DNA from: Harriotta raleighana
Taxonomy: Eukaryota
DNA length: 64,000 nucleotides
Direction: 5' to 3'
NCBI GenBank assembly: GCA_050575255.1
Contig: JBNZDD010013683.1
Coordinates: forward strand, 1,524,191 to 1,588,190
The notes under the pieces are model-generated. The model did no database searches, had not been told where the DNA came from, and was given only the letters and a program-made list of their open reading frames with translations. Each line of letters starts with the position of its first letter. The stretch's first letter is position 1. The position numbers and the translations under genes were made by a program. Positions 49,901 through 62,729 of this stretch are shown in pieces.

Positions 49901-52034
49901 AATCCATTGAAGAGGAATCCTCACTCAGTGAATTATTCCAGAAATTCCCTGCCCAAGCTGGGATTTGCAGTCGTGCTTTTTTAACTCCTCAAGAACTTGA
50001 AAAAGTGTGAGCCCAAGGCAGATATCAGATATCAGTTTTTCTCTTCTTTTTTTTAACAGTTCATATTTCCTGCTTTGAAATGTTTAGCTAAAAATATGAA
50101 GCTTTTTTTTTCCCCTTTGGAAAGTATCTTACCTACATCTGTGGGCTCTTCCCAGTGATTTCGGAAGCGTTGATGATACAGAGGTCAAGAGGGTATTTTC
50201 TGCATACTTGCCACGCAGTTACTGCCCAAATAGCCTTTAAGACAAGAGACAAAAGGAACCTACCCACAGTCATCAACACAGGGTGTTTCAGCTAAGCATA
50301 TTTCTTCAGTTCTCTCACTCTACCGGGTTGATAATTGCTTCAAACTAGTTTCCTCATCGAGTCATCATCAGTGCGAATCATTTACAATTACTTTGTTCTG
50401 GGGAAAGATAATCATCCGAATGACAGAAATAAGCAAACGGCTTCCAAAATATTAAGAAGGACTGAAAAACATCAAAACTACCTTTAGCATATAACAACAA
50501 CAATTTGTATAGCTGCCCTCAAGCAGGATAGTGTCCCAGAGCACTTAGTGACAAGGCAGCAAATAAACTAAATGTCTTAACCAGTGAGGTGATGCATAGG
50601 ACAGATGTTTTGTTTTGTCAGTCTTTTAAAAAGGTTTCCCAGTTAACAAAGCCAAAAGCTAGTAGGTTAAGACATTGAGTGCATTGGGACCAATGCAATC
50701 ATGTTCTCCGTTATTGGTTTTTGCCTGTGGAGAATTTGGTTCAAAGACAAACAGTAAAAAGGAAGGAAATGTCATCATTATGTTGACACCTCAGGTAAAT
50801 TGGCTTGTCAGATTTTAATCTAGTCCTTGATGGCCATTAATCCATTAAAACTCCAGCATTTAATTCACCATTTTCAACTCCTGGTTGAGCGTGGACAAAG
50901 AAGCAAAATGTTTGTACTGTTTCCCTCTTGTCTTGTAAATATTCTTAGTGTTTTCACCATCCCCAGTACCTTACACTCTTTGTCAAACAAATGCTCCACA
51001 TTTCTAACCAGTGACCGTTGCTGGAAAATGTACATTAAGAGTCTCTGAAGCCCGGAAAGCCACCTGTCTTAGCTTGTGAGATCATTTAGTCTTAAAATGT
51101 AAGATCACATAGAATTATAGAATTTAAATCTTATATTTCAGCCTCAATTCAATCTGTATTGCATGACGGAGTGCTGTACTAACTCTGAAAAAAAGAGAAA
51201 ATGGTCTATTTCTGTTCCTTAAAAATACATGTTGATGCATAACAGCAGAAAGGGTTACTGGAACTTAAAAAAAATTAAATAATGATTGTGTTTCGTTTAC
51301 TGATCTACAATTTTTTTAGGTGACAACTCTCCCTATAACACTGGATAATAACTGACATAAAATTATGCGGACACATTATAATTAATCATCATTGACCTTG
51401 AAGAGCCAGAGGTTAACAATCAGCAAACTGAAATGTATAATTAATATAAGGCTTAGCAGGCTGCCATAACCTTAAACCATTATAAAAGATTGCAGCTTCA
51501 CTGTTGCAAAGAACAATCTTACATGACGATAAAGCTCTATAGAAAAATGTCTTCTGCCTGAATGATGTGTAGCATGGATCATTGGTCTATAAGTGAAACA
51601 ATGTGTGTATTCTTGGGAAGGAAATTATAATTAAATGGAAGTTACAATGATAGTATGTTTAATTGCAACCATAATAAAGCAGCAAGACAGAATCCAATTC
51701 AATTTTTTTTTCTCTGGTTGATTTGTTAGTTACATAATCTGGGCTATAAATTCAATTTTCAGTGTCATAAATCGTCAGTGTATAAATGTGCACTTCCATC
51801 TAATGAACTGTATCAGATTTATTGATTTTTTATTCTTTACAAGACTTTGGGATTTAGAGCAAAGTTGTCAGAGGAAATCAAAATGGGTGAGCTTCATAAC
51901 TTGATGTAACAATCGTTTTGTAAGAAATGTTCCTTTCTGTTAGGTTCATGAAAGTTTGCTATTGAATTAAATATTCCCTAGCGGCATGTGTCTGGAAAGA
52001 TAATCAGCAAGTACTTGTGTATTATGTTTGCATG

Positions 52035-52110
52035 GTGAGTGAGTGAGTGCGTGCGTGCGTGCGTGCGTGAGTGAGTGAGTGCGTGTGTGCGTGCGTGCGT
52101 GCGTGAGTGA
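52035..52110. repeat. Compound (GTGA)n/(GTGC)n microsatellite
   Basis: gtgagtgagtgagtgcgtgcgtgcgtgcgtgcgtgagtgagtgagtgcg... Confidence 0.92.
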
Positions 52111-52149
52111 CCAATTCTTGGGTATGAAAGATGGTCCCTTAAAATGGAT

Positions 52150-52287
52150 TGAGTAAGAACTTTTAAGGAACTACTTTTGAGCAGAGGTTGATTTACTGTG
52201 CATTCACCATAAATATGATGTGAATATCGGCACAGACATTATTGGCTGAATGACCTTGTTCTATGCTGTAAATTTCTATAGTTCTAT
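52150..52287 (+). mobile_element. Old CR1 3' end
   Basis: ggcacagacattattggctgaatgaccttgttctatgctgtaaatttctatagttctat resembles the CR1 3'UTR hairpin and tail. Confidence 0.55.
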
Positions 52288-53701
52288 CAAATTGATGTCC
52301 TGGTGGAACCAATGCCTCGGGATCTCCACATTAACTCGGCAGCGAGACTCCAGCACAAGTTCTGTGGCAGATCAGCAAAAAAAACCTCTATGATAACCTA
52401 ACCAGAGAGAGTATGTGGACGTGAAGTCAATTCACATTCTGTATTTGGTATTCAACGCTGAACCACAAGATAGGGATATAAATGCAACCGAACTAAATGT
52501 AAAGCTTCTCAAACAAGCTGTTACTTTGCAACCAAAATTGCCGCTATCAAACGGAGCTAAGCAGGAGCTCTGAAAAAGAGGATGTTGATTTCCCCAAATA
52601 TTTATATGTAAGGTCCACTCTGCTTTTGTGTAGCTTATTCTTCACCGAATCAGAGCATCCACATTCAAATTGAGCAATTATCCTCTCTGAATTATAATTC
52701 ATTTCTAGCTGAAATCTTACATCATTGGCCTTTTTCATACCACTGTTGAAATCCCTTGCCCAACTCCAGCTCGACAGAATTACCTTTATTTCTGATGATA
52801 AAGATTTAATGACATTCTGTTCTTGTTCATTAAGTTACTTGACATTTAATTTCTACATTTTGACTTTTAACAAGTTGGGGTGTTGGAATAATCCATAAAA
52901 TGAGCAAGAGAGCAGTCATTGCTGGTGTAAGCTTCCAGTTTTTAGTCACTTAAACTTTTGAGTATCAAAAGAAGTTGTATTTCTTTTCTCTGGTATTTAT
53001 TTCCCTCCAGAATACTCACTCTACCATCAGCCCATCACAGCATGAAGCTGCTTTTTAAATGAGTCTAGTATCCTGGCCTCATCCACCATTCACAGCAAAA
53101 AAACACACATTGTACTATTCATTTTATGATATCCTTTGCATTAGCAAATGCAAGTTCCATTTTTGCTGCAACTTGGATTCCCACTTGCAAAAAGAGCAAA
53201 AATGGGCAGAAATAATGCTGTAAACCTGGTGGGGGGGTGGGTTGCTGATGAATTTACAAATGCACTCCCTTCATTCAGTTTGTTATCTAAACTTGCACTT
53301 TTGTTTTGAAAAGAGGCTACAAGGGAAGAGCGATTAACTTTTTAATTAAAAAAAGACTTTTATAGTTGATTCTTGGCACTTTGCTGGCAGCCTTTCATAA
53401 AATACAACTTAGTTTAAAAGCTGAACTGATTCCCTTAAGTTTCTTCACAAACTGCTTAACCCTGTTGAAACATGGAGCCTCTCCAGTTAGCTGGCAAAAC
53501 TGGCAGGAGAATAAACTAAACAGCACAGCCACACGAGAAATCGTAGCATTGATTTACAGATGTGTGTTAGCTTTACTTTTTTAAGACTTTGTTTCAGTTT
53601 TAAGAATTTGTTTTTCGGCTTGGATTTATAGATGGTTTTAAGTCTCGCTTTGAAATAACGAGTTGCAAGGCATTGTCTGGTGGGGAGTGGTCTAAAGAGA
53701 G

Positions 53702-53803
53702 GATATACAGTCAATTCACTTTATAGTAAATCTCTGTGAAGCGCTTTGAGGCATCTAGAAGATGTGAAAAGCACTATATCAAATGCAAGGATTATTATTA
53801 TTA
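53702..53803 (+). mobile_element. SINE 3' tail fragment
   Basis: atatacagtcaattcactttatag..tgtgaagcgctttgaggcatctagaagatgtgaaaagcactatatcaaatgcaaggattattattatta. Confidence 0.85.
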
Positions 53804-54131
53804 TATCCACTTTGCTCCATTTTCTTCCTTGGTTTAGACATCTGCGGGTGCTGGCTCCATTCTCATGACCTCATTCAAGCGGCATTCCACACAGTCAGTG
53901 TTGGTTTAAAATCTACGCTTAAATCTACAGTCAGTGTTGACTGGCGATTCAACCAAGCAGGTGCTCACCGCAAAGCCTGATCGTGTCTCTGACATGTACC
54001 CAGATAGCCAGCAGGAGGTGGAAGAAATTTCTTTTAGGAAAAGGGCAATGTATTGAGTCATTTTTAAAAAAAAATTTAGAGGGTGTGCGCGGTCTGTCCT
54101 AACTTCCAGAAACAACCTGCTGCAGTAATTT

Positions 54132-54450
54132 GGAGTCTTGTAGCTCAGTGGTGAGAGCGCTCACCTTACAAGCATGTGACCTGTGTTCGAATCCAGGCAG
54201 GTCAGGGCGAAACCTTGGGCAAGTTTCCTTACTGCACTGGCCTAATAATAATCCCTAAAAAAAATTTTTTTAAATTGCTCATTTCAATCCACGACTGTCT
54301 ATGGAACACTGCTGTGCACAATTGGCTGTCGCATTTCACCCTCAATTATATGGACTGTGAAGTGAAGTGATTTAAGATGTCTAGAAGACTTGATGCCTAG
54401 ACGATGTGAAAAGCGCTATTCAAATGCAAAGAATAGTGTTATTGTTATTA
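54132..54450 (+). mobile_element. Full-length tRNA-derived SINE
   Basis: A-box tagctcagtggtgagagc, B-box gttcgaatcc, cagggcgaaaccttgggcaag, Deu-like gctgtgcacaattggctgtcgcattt, tail gtgaaaagcgctattcaaatgcaa. Confidence 0.88.
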
Positions 54451-55429
54451 TATGTTCATGAACCACTCAGTTAAACAGGACACAGTTAGTCAACAATGTG
54501 CAGTACTGATTTCAGTGCCGTGATATTATCTACAATAAACAAATCAAAATAATGATAATAATAACTAGACATGGCTCATTAACAACATGCATTTATATAG
54601 CATCCCCTCACGCGGGGTAAGTCTTGGAGTGCTTCAGGGAGATAAATTCAATTGAGCATCCGAATGAAGCCCTACAAGAGAGTGACAGCCAAGAAGCAAC
54701 AACAGCTTTCAATTGCAGAACTGCATGTTGTTGAGTTTGAATAAACTCGTACTCAACTATTGTCACTACCTTTCCAATGTGGAACGTCACAATGGAGAGT
54801 TTAAATGTGTAGGTGTGGAGATAAAGGATGGAACTCGGGACCTAATCCAATTTCAAGATGAATCAATGCAACAAACAGAGCCACAGAAAGATTGGCTACT
54901 CTTGCTGAATTTTAACTGAATCGAGACTGTGTGGATCCAAACCATAATAATTCAGATACTCTAATAGTCACAGTGCGTGCTGGATTTCAATTCCAAAATA
55001 ATTAATTTCCTCTAAGTCTGTAGTCAGGGTAAAAATATGTTCTCTGTTTTATCACAGGAATTGCTGATTTTGTTTATTTCTACTGTGCTTTTTATTAGGG
55101 TTACATAATAGAAACTAAATTACTTCTGAAAAAGAAATAAATCTTTTGTCGATGTTAGCTGGACTCCCCATGAAGCAGTGAAAGCCTACCCTGTTGGCGT
55201 TACTTCACTCAGCGGTGATTTACTGAAAGTAATGACAGCACCACCCATTGGCTTGTCACTGTCACATAGATACTCAGCAATCCGCAGAAGACTGGAAAAG
55301 AATGCCAAACGCCATATTGGAATCAAGTGCCTTCATCACGCCTGATAAAGTCTTTTTACATCTTCACATTCTATGTAACATCCATCGCCACAATCAAACT
55401 AGATGACCCGGTGGTGTAGAGTGCACACT

Positions 55430-55850
55430 TGGTGGATGGTCCAGTTGCTCTATATGTTGATTTGGGCTGTGTTTCTGATACAGTGCCACACCGATTGGAG
55501 CACGAAGGCAGAAGGTGGCTGTGGATGGCAGTTTCTGAAGTGGATCGGAAATTGGCTGAATCAGAGGAAGATAAGGGATGGTTGCTCATAGAATTAAATC
55601 AAGCCGAAATGAGACGAAGTGGAATGTCTCAAGGGTCTGTGCTGGAGTGGTTGTTGTTTACACTGATGTTATATTATTTGCAAGTGAAGAGAGATACAGA
55701 GTTCGATTATGATACTACACGGGGAAGGGTGGCTCAAAGTGATGATTATACTATTATACTTTGTGGGAAAGTGGCGATCAGATGCAGAGTGGTTTGGATG
55801 GCTGTGCTAAGAAGTGACATGTGACATTTAATTTGGATAAATTCAAAGCG
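55430..55850 (+). mobile_element. Ancient CR1 reverse-transcriptase core fossil
   Basis: Two frames give VALYVDL..SDTVPH.RL / LKWIGNWLNQRKIR / SGMSQGSVLEWLLFT / FDYDT, colinear with CR1 RT motifs YLDF.KAFDKVPH, WI.NWL..RKQR, SGVPQGSVLGPLLF and FADDT. Confidence 0.75.
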
Positions 55851-56607
55851 CTGAGAAGATAAATTAAACAGGAAGAGACAGCAAGACACCACTTGTCACT
55901 GGGATGTGGTGATGCTGGTGTGCAGCTTGTTGCAACGTGTGACAGCAGGAATAAAAGCAAATAGGATCCCAGGTTGACAAGCCAAAGGTCCCAGGAAAGA
56001 CAATTAAATAGACATTGGGTATAAACATGCACTGTCGTATTTGTGGTGAAACTGATGAAGATTTGCTGAGCAAATCTGTCATATCCAAAGGAGAGAGCAA
56101 TGACATGTTCAGGGATTTTTGTCAGACATTATAACGAGTAGCAAAGACATATCCAAGATTATTCCATATCATTTTAATCACAGCATCAGCACAGTCTGTA
56201 CCGAGAAAGCAGTGTGGTTCTCGGTATCCTACTATAGGATTTATATTCCATCAGCCTCTCATGATAATGAGCATTTATATTTGTGCACCATTTTCTTTCA
56301 AATGCTTTGAAATCTTTTATGTGTGGCACAAATGAAGGGATCAGTCACCTCACATTCCTACTGTGGACTGATGTTAAAGTGAATAAACTACAAAACTAGT
56401 GTAAAGAAGACTGTTACGAGCTCAAAATGTTCTGATCACAACATCCGCTTTGAATCTGAGGCCACTCCAACATCAGGAACATTTAAATGCCTTTACATAT
56501 ACCTTACAGTTAGGGTTCATTCCATACTGTTTATGTACCAGATCAATGCTGCAGGTAAAATATATACCTCAAGTTTCTGGGGATCCTTTCGATTCCAAGA
56601 CTCACTC

Positions 56608-56804
56608 CTAAAGCTGCCTCAAGACTCTCCTTTTCGATGGTCCCATCAGTCAAACCCAAATCCCCATCCATACTTTCCCTCCATACTCCCCATCGCCGAC
56701 CCCAGCTCGGGTCTGAAACAATGACTGTCCAGTGCCTTGGGACAACCTCCTGATGTGAAAGGCGCTATGAAAGTGTAATTTTGTTGTTGTTGTTGTTGTT
56801 GTTG
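56608..56804 (+). mobile_element. L2 LINE 3' end (same subfamily as 10298-10931)
   Basis: Shares gatggtcccat..cccaaatcccca..cgaccccagctcgg.tctgaaacaat..ccttgggac..cctcctgatgtgaaaggcgctat and a (GTT)n tail. Confidence 0.88.
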
Positions 56805-57399
56805 CCTTGAGAGGCAGCTTTAACATTGAAGTTGCTGCACGGGCTGCTAAATAAAAAATAATAATTCTAAAACGTTTAAACTTATGCACTAGCCTTGGGC
56901 GCTTTTTAAAAATGTTATTAAATAGCTGTTCACGTGACTGGTTTCGTGATCCTTGTGCAAAGCTCTCCTCAATTTGTGCCGCCAGCAGTTTTTGAAGCGA
57001 GAAATATAAATCCTGTTTCCCTGCTCCTAATCGCTCTATTGCTAAGACGTCCTGGTGAATCATAACCGTAGAAACATTCCAGATGTGGTGAGCTCCTAAT
57101 CTCCGATGTACTCTCAACGATGTGCCCTCCATAGAGTTAGTCAGAATAATCCTTTCATTTGATAAAGCAGCTTTCAGGTTGAGAGGACGTGTCCGAGCGC
57201 TTCACAGGATACACTGCTAGGTGGAGCGAGCGTGTACTTTGCGGGCAACGAGGAGAAACAATAGGGCAACCGATGACCCCAAAGCAGTTGGCTGCAGAGC
57301 TACAGGCTGGACTGAACGATGGTTAGGGAAGGTCAGATACCTGAGCTTTTGTTCAGGAATTGAGGCTTGGCACAGCAAGGACTGAAAAATGAGAAGAAT

Positions 57400-57517
57400 A
57401 ATAATAAATATAATAATCCTTGCATTTGACATAGTGCTTTTCACATCTTATTGACATCCCAAAGTGCTTCACAGAATGTATTGTAAAGTGAATTGACTGT
57501 ATATTTGTGGGCGAAAT
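57400..57517 (-). mobile_element. SINE 3' tail fragment
   Basis: taataatccttgcatttgacatagtgcttttcac...gtaaagtgaattgactgtatatttgtgggcgaaa. Confidence 0.85.
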
Positions 57518-59349
57518 ACATTCCAAATATATATACAGCATGTGTATAAAATAAAGCAAAAGCTTTTCCAATGTGATCCACATGAGTAAGCCTCACCCAC
57601 AGTGTGTGAGGACACGGAGCCTTGACAGTCGGAGAGGCTACCTGCAGTCCAGCTTGATAGTAATGTCCTCCAGCTAAAAGGTCAGTCCATTAGATGCTCC
57701 TACCTTTTCAAGCCAAATGAATCAACCAGCAGGATGCTTGTAATAACAGTGAATGCTGGCCAGAGTTTAATCTTTTTTCTCCAATGCCAGTATATCTGCC
57801 CATTTGACCCAACTGATGACAAACACAAACTGAGCATGAAATGAGTGGCTACACAAATCTCCGCTTTCAGATACTGACAGTTCTGTTGGTGCAAAATCAC
57901 CTCTTATATCTTGTGAGGGTTCACATGGTGACACATAACTTTAGGACAGAGTTAGTTACAACCCCCACCCCCTCCCCATCCCCCTCCCCCACCTCCTCAA
58001 ACATTATGTGATGTTGAAAGTCATGTCCACAAAATATACAGTCAATTCACATGACAGGATATTCTGTGAAGCACTTTGGGATGTCTCATTATTTCTAAAA
58101 AAAATTGGTATCACCGGAAGATAATGTCTGTTCACTTTTCACTTACGTTGCAGAACTATCTAGCTGTTAAACTACCTGCCACTTGTTTAACTTTTTTAAT
58201 AAGCACCACCTGCCTTCAAAGTATTTGCCCATCTCTCCCCAATGTGTTCATTTGACGTTTGCATTTCTGCCAATGCTCTTGTCATCAAGCGCTTTATTAA
58301 GAAATTCAAAAGTAAAGAGCAATTGCATGCCACGTTTAATGCAGACTGTGCTTAATATGTGCTATCCACTAGGAATCAATGTGAGCTGTGACGAAAATTG
58401 TAAACATGAAATTTTCCTCTCAACCCTTTCAATGAAAGTTGAACCGTTTCTAACTGCATCGTTTTTTTTCCCCAAAAACACACTCGATTTGCTAGATTCA
58501 GAGGGAATACATGCAATGGAAAAAATTCATGCAGGCCGCAATAATCATTTGTGTAACATTTATTGCAGTAAATTCCTGCTATTGACCATATGATAAGCTA
58601 TAATGGCTTGATCCAGTTGACACTTGCTTCTCGTCAAACAACCCACTTCACTCTGTGGGTTGTCTGCCATCCATCATCGTTCAACAAAAGCACCTGCTGG
58701 TGGCAAAAGAAAAACAGAATGAAGCTGCCCCCTGCACAGTCCAAATGTGAATATTAATAAGAAAAATATGGGTTGAAGTGTGCTCCAACACAGTAACAAT
58801 CTCTGGTTTGACACAGTTTAACCATCAAATGTCTGTCATTTTGTCAGCTTCTCAACTTCTCACTTGAAGCTCACTTCAGCCCATCTGCCCACTCTGCAAA
58901 TGATGCCATCTTCCCTTGTAAACATACAGACCTCTCGATAAACTGATCTGTTTTTTTTTTCTCCTTTCCTTTTTATTTTGGTAGCGTTTACATAATTGCT
59001 CTTTTCTCCTTACTTGTCTGCTTTTGGCTATCACTCGCTGAACATTGAAATAAACTGATAGGTTTGCAAGCTGCAGTAAGCATCCGCTGATGCATAAAAA
59101 GCTGTTATTTAGGCCTGTCATGTGGCCAGTCACACAAACAAAATCATTATGTTTTACAGAAGAGATCACTGAGAACAGTTCACTGTGAGGAGGCACGTTC
59201 AAGCCTTTATCTCAATAAGAAATTGGGATGGGTTTCTTACAACCCATCAGCCTCATGAGGTTTACACTTGATTCCTGATGCATCTTGAAGATGAACAACA
59301 ATATTTGTGGGTAACAATAAACCTGTGTACATTAAAGATTAAACTGTCA

Positions 59350-59660
59350 TAATAATCCTTGTGCTGTACTTGATATAACACCTTTTGCAGCAGGAGAACA
59401 TCTCAAAGCGTTTTACTATAAACGTGAGGTGATTGCGTAGATTAACGGGGCAGCCAATTTGAATGCGCATAAAGAGCCATGAAGTAGTATGTGATGAATG
59501 TTATTTGGGGAATTTTTGGCCAAGATCCCTGTGAGAAACACCCTTCCCTTTTTAAATCGTGTCGTGAACAGGCCAACGTTGTACACGAGCATCAGCCCTG
59601 CCTGTAAGATGAAAGTCTCTATATATGGGGGTTGAACTTACAACCTTCTGACTCAAAGGC
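59350..59660 (-). mobile_element. Old DeuSINE
   Basis: Tail aataatccttg..ttgatataac; ggcagccaatttg; head gggttgaacttacaaccttctgactcaaaggca. Confidence 0.55.
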
Positions 59661-59864
59661 AGAACCAGTCTGCCACTTACCAATACCTGACAGTGGGAAG
59701 ATGTACTGGCAACATCAGAGATATAGGTATAGGGTTACTGGAGACCATTGCAGCCCTGATCCAGCAAGTCTAACATTCTGTTATATTTTATGGTTTGGGT
59801 GTTATATTCATGGAGTAAACTGATACCACAGCAATATGTCTGAATCTTGTTGCCTTCTCTATAT

Positions 59865-59976
59865 AATAATAAATAATAATAACCCTTGCATTTGATATAG
59901 CGCTTTCCACATCTTATCAACGTCTCAATGCTCTTCACAGAATATACTGTAAAGTGAATTGAGTGTATATTTGTGG
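59865..59976 (-). mobile_element. SINE 3' tail fragment
   Basis: aataacccttgcatttgatatagcgctttccac...ttcacagaatatactgtaaagtgaattga. Confidence 0.85.
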
Positions 59977-60729
59977 ACTGTATATTTAGTCCTTGTTTGA
60001 TCTGTTCTGGCACATTCTATGGGTGTATATCCAGTCTGTCTTGGTATTGCTCTATTCCAAGTCAGGTATAGTGTATTTTTTCGCCAACACTTACACAATA
60101 GGTATTACGATCTTGTGTAAACTATCCCACGGGTATATTTCAGTGTAAGGTCAGTGCATGTGAATCCACACACTCTCCTGTTTTTGTAGTACAGCTCGAG
60201 ATGCATTTCAAGTGATGCAAAACTAAAAAAAACAAATCAGAGAGTATTCAGTCAAGGCACCATGTTCCCCCAGGATTTGTCCTCCACTGTTCCCAGGAGG
60301 AAATGCTGTTACTTTATTTGAGCTTCGCGAAGGCATCAAACCCAATCTGGCTGAATGCTAATTGACTGCCTGAGAAATATATTTTTTCTCACAGTGGAAT
60401 TCTGTACGTTTCTTCTGACTCTCCTTGGTCTGAAATAGCTTTTCGGCACAGTAGCGAGAATCAAAGTGTGTTATCAAATAAACCTGCCACAACGTCTCCT
60501 TCAGGAAGGTTCCATCGCTATCAGTCTTTCCTCAAGAGTCCATTTTTCAACAACCTTTCCTTGCCTCTTTCATCTCTATTGTTTCACAGTTACTTGAGCC
60601 TACAATTCGCACCACCGGCTCAGAAAGGCGACCATCCATCATAGAGTCTTTCATTATTATCCATATCTCGTGTGGAAACTTTTTCGGGGACCAAGGAATG
60701 ATTCCCTATTAAGGTCCAATTGGTAACTG

Positions 60730-60860
60730 AAGCAGCCATTGCTTCCATATATTTCACCCACAAATGTACAAGTCAATTCCCTTTACAGTATATCCTGTGA
60801 AGCGCTTTGAGACGACGATAAGATGTGAAAAGCGCGATATCAAATGCAAGGATTATTATT
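60730..60860 (+). mobile_element. SINE 3' half
   Basis: tttcacccacaaatgtacaagtcaattccctttacagtatatcctgtgaagcgctttgagac..gtgaaaagcgcgatatcaaatgcaaggattattatt. Confidence 0.85.
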
Positions 60861-62344
60861 GTGCGTTTGTCAGCTGCAGCAACACTTATTGCTTGCGGTG
60901 GCCCAAAGATGCGTGAAGTGATCAGGGAGATCCCACAAAGATGAAAGGGAATTTATTAAAAATAAAGGGTTTGACATATTGCATTTGTGCTGTTAGATGC
61001 AGAAAAGAAACCAGACAGAGATCCATATCTGGAAATTGCCAGCTCTGCTACACTCTGCTTGCCTATCTCTGGAGAGTATTGGGTACAGATTGGCAAGAGC
61101 CAAGACTTGGCATTGAACTGATTGTCCAGCTATGACCACCCTAACAGTTCGGGCTCATCAGTTTGTAGACAGCTGACTTGTATCATTTCCAGCAAGTTAC
61201 ACTGACGTTGGAAAATGACTATAATCCTTATTGTCAATGGGTTATCATGAGTTCAGTTAGTATTATTATTAGTATAATAGAAATTAATTCCCTTCTCACT
61301 TTTTGCAGTGAACTTGTCTTGAACATATCAATGATATTTAACAGTCAGAATGCATGCATTCAGGATACGGTCTTAGATTCAGGCTTTGAGCTGACTTACA
61401 TGTATATTTGACATTTCCCTGATTTTAACGACCGGTATGTTATACCATCTGCTGTTTATCTCCTGAATAATGTATCTCTGCTGCTGATCTCTCTGTAGAA
61501 ACTATATTGATACCATGTCTGAGAAGCCCCATCTCCAGTCATCGGAAAGCACTGCTTTATGTAAACTATTCAAAACTTCTTGTGCAATGCAGCACATTAA
61601 TTTAAGCAAATACATACAGGAGATTTTCATAAGACCTGTGTCACGATGAGGTTTGATTTTCACAATGCATGTAGAGCACTGTAGTCTGCTTCCTGCAGCA
61701 TATCACTCTCTTCCTCTGGTCCATGTTTCAATGGTTTCAGCGTGAGACAATATCTGATGGGATGGAGCATTTCCATACATTAAAACATTTCACTTCAATA
61801 ATAAAATCAATATAGAACATGAGTCCCTTTCTGGTTATTAGACGGGATAGACAGGTTGTATAAAAGCATCATCATTTGAAAATAAATAACCCATACATTT
61901 GATATAAGTACCTTTCATGTTGAGGGGACATGGCAAATCGCTTGACAGGATTTTAGTAAGTGTATTTTGAAGGTGAACAAAACAAGACAAGGGTCTCTTA
62001 CCAAGTGTGGTACAACTGCGATGGATACGTTTTCTTGCTGCTAATTTAGGTTATTCTAAAGTTATTCATCGTTGAAATATGCTGCGCTTTTCTTTGCCTT
62101 TTGCCACAACACTCAGTATAAATGCTATGTGAGATTTACTGCTCTCCAGTGTGGTGTTGACGCAGTTCATTTGTTTGCATAGGACTAACACCCAATATGG
62201 GCACCTAACAATGCACATTACCAAGAAATTAGTTGTTTATAGCTGGTAATGGAAGATCACCTGGAAAAGTTGAAATACCACTGTTAGCACTATCCACCAA
62301 GATACAACACAACTGTAAGCAGCTATTACCACTGCTAATAATAT

Positions 62345-62440
62345 TAATATTAATAATTCTTGTATTTGTTAGAAAGTCTTTCACATCAGGGGGATATCTC
62401 AAAGTGCTTCACAGGATATTCTGTAAAGTGTGAGGACTGT
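62345..62440 (-). mobile_element. SINE 3' tail fragment
   Basis: tctcaaagtgcttcacaggatattctgtaaagtg. Confidence 0.65.
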
Positions 62441-62567
62441 GTGCTTTATAGATCTAAATAAGATTGTAATTTTTCACTCATGTACCTGGCCTACACTGTC
62501 AGCCTTTTAGTGATTTCCATTGTTGGATCCATTGATAGTGAGATGCGTGTATTAGCATGCATCAAAA

Positions 62568-62729
62568 TTTTCAATCCACAACTGTTTGTGGGACACTGCT
62601 GTGTGCAATTGGCTGCCACATTTCGCCCACAAAATCTACAGTCAATTCACTTTACAGCACATTGTGTGAAGTACTTTGAGACATCTAGAACACGTGAAAT
62701 GCACGATATCAAATGCAAGGATTATTATT
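62568..62729 (+). mobile_element. SINE 3' half (Deu-like body and tail)
   Basis: tttcaatccacaactgtttgtgggacactgctgtgtgcaattggctgccacatttcgcccacaaa...atatcaaatgcaaggattattatt. Confidence 0.88.

Noticed and set aside
60395-60650. Open frame after a ttttttctcacag acceptor
   Set aside because: The Ser-rich peptide has no recognisable domain or strong donor, so support is insufficient.
13065-62729. Recurring 'atcaaatgcaaggattattatt' motif as a CRISPR-like or regulatory array
   Set aside because: Copies are dispersed, on both strands and embedded in SINE 3' tails, with no regular spacing, in a eukaryotic context.
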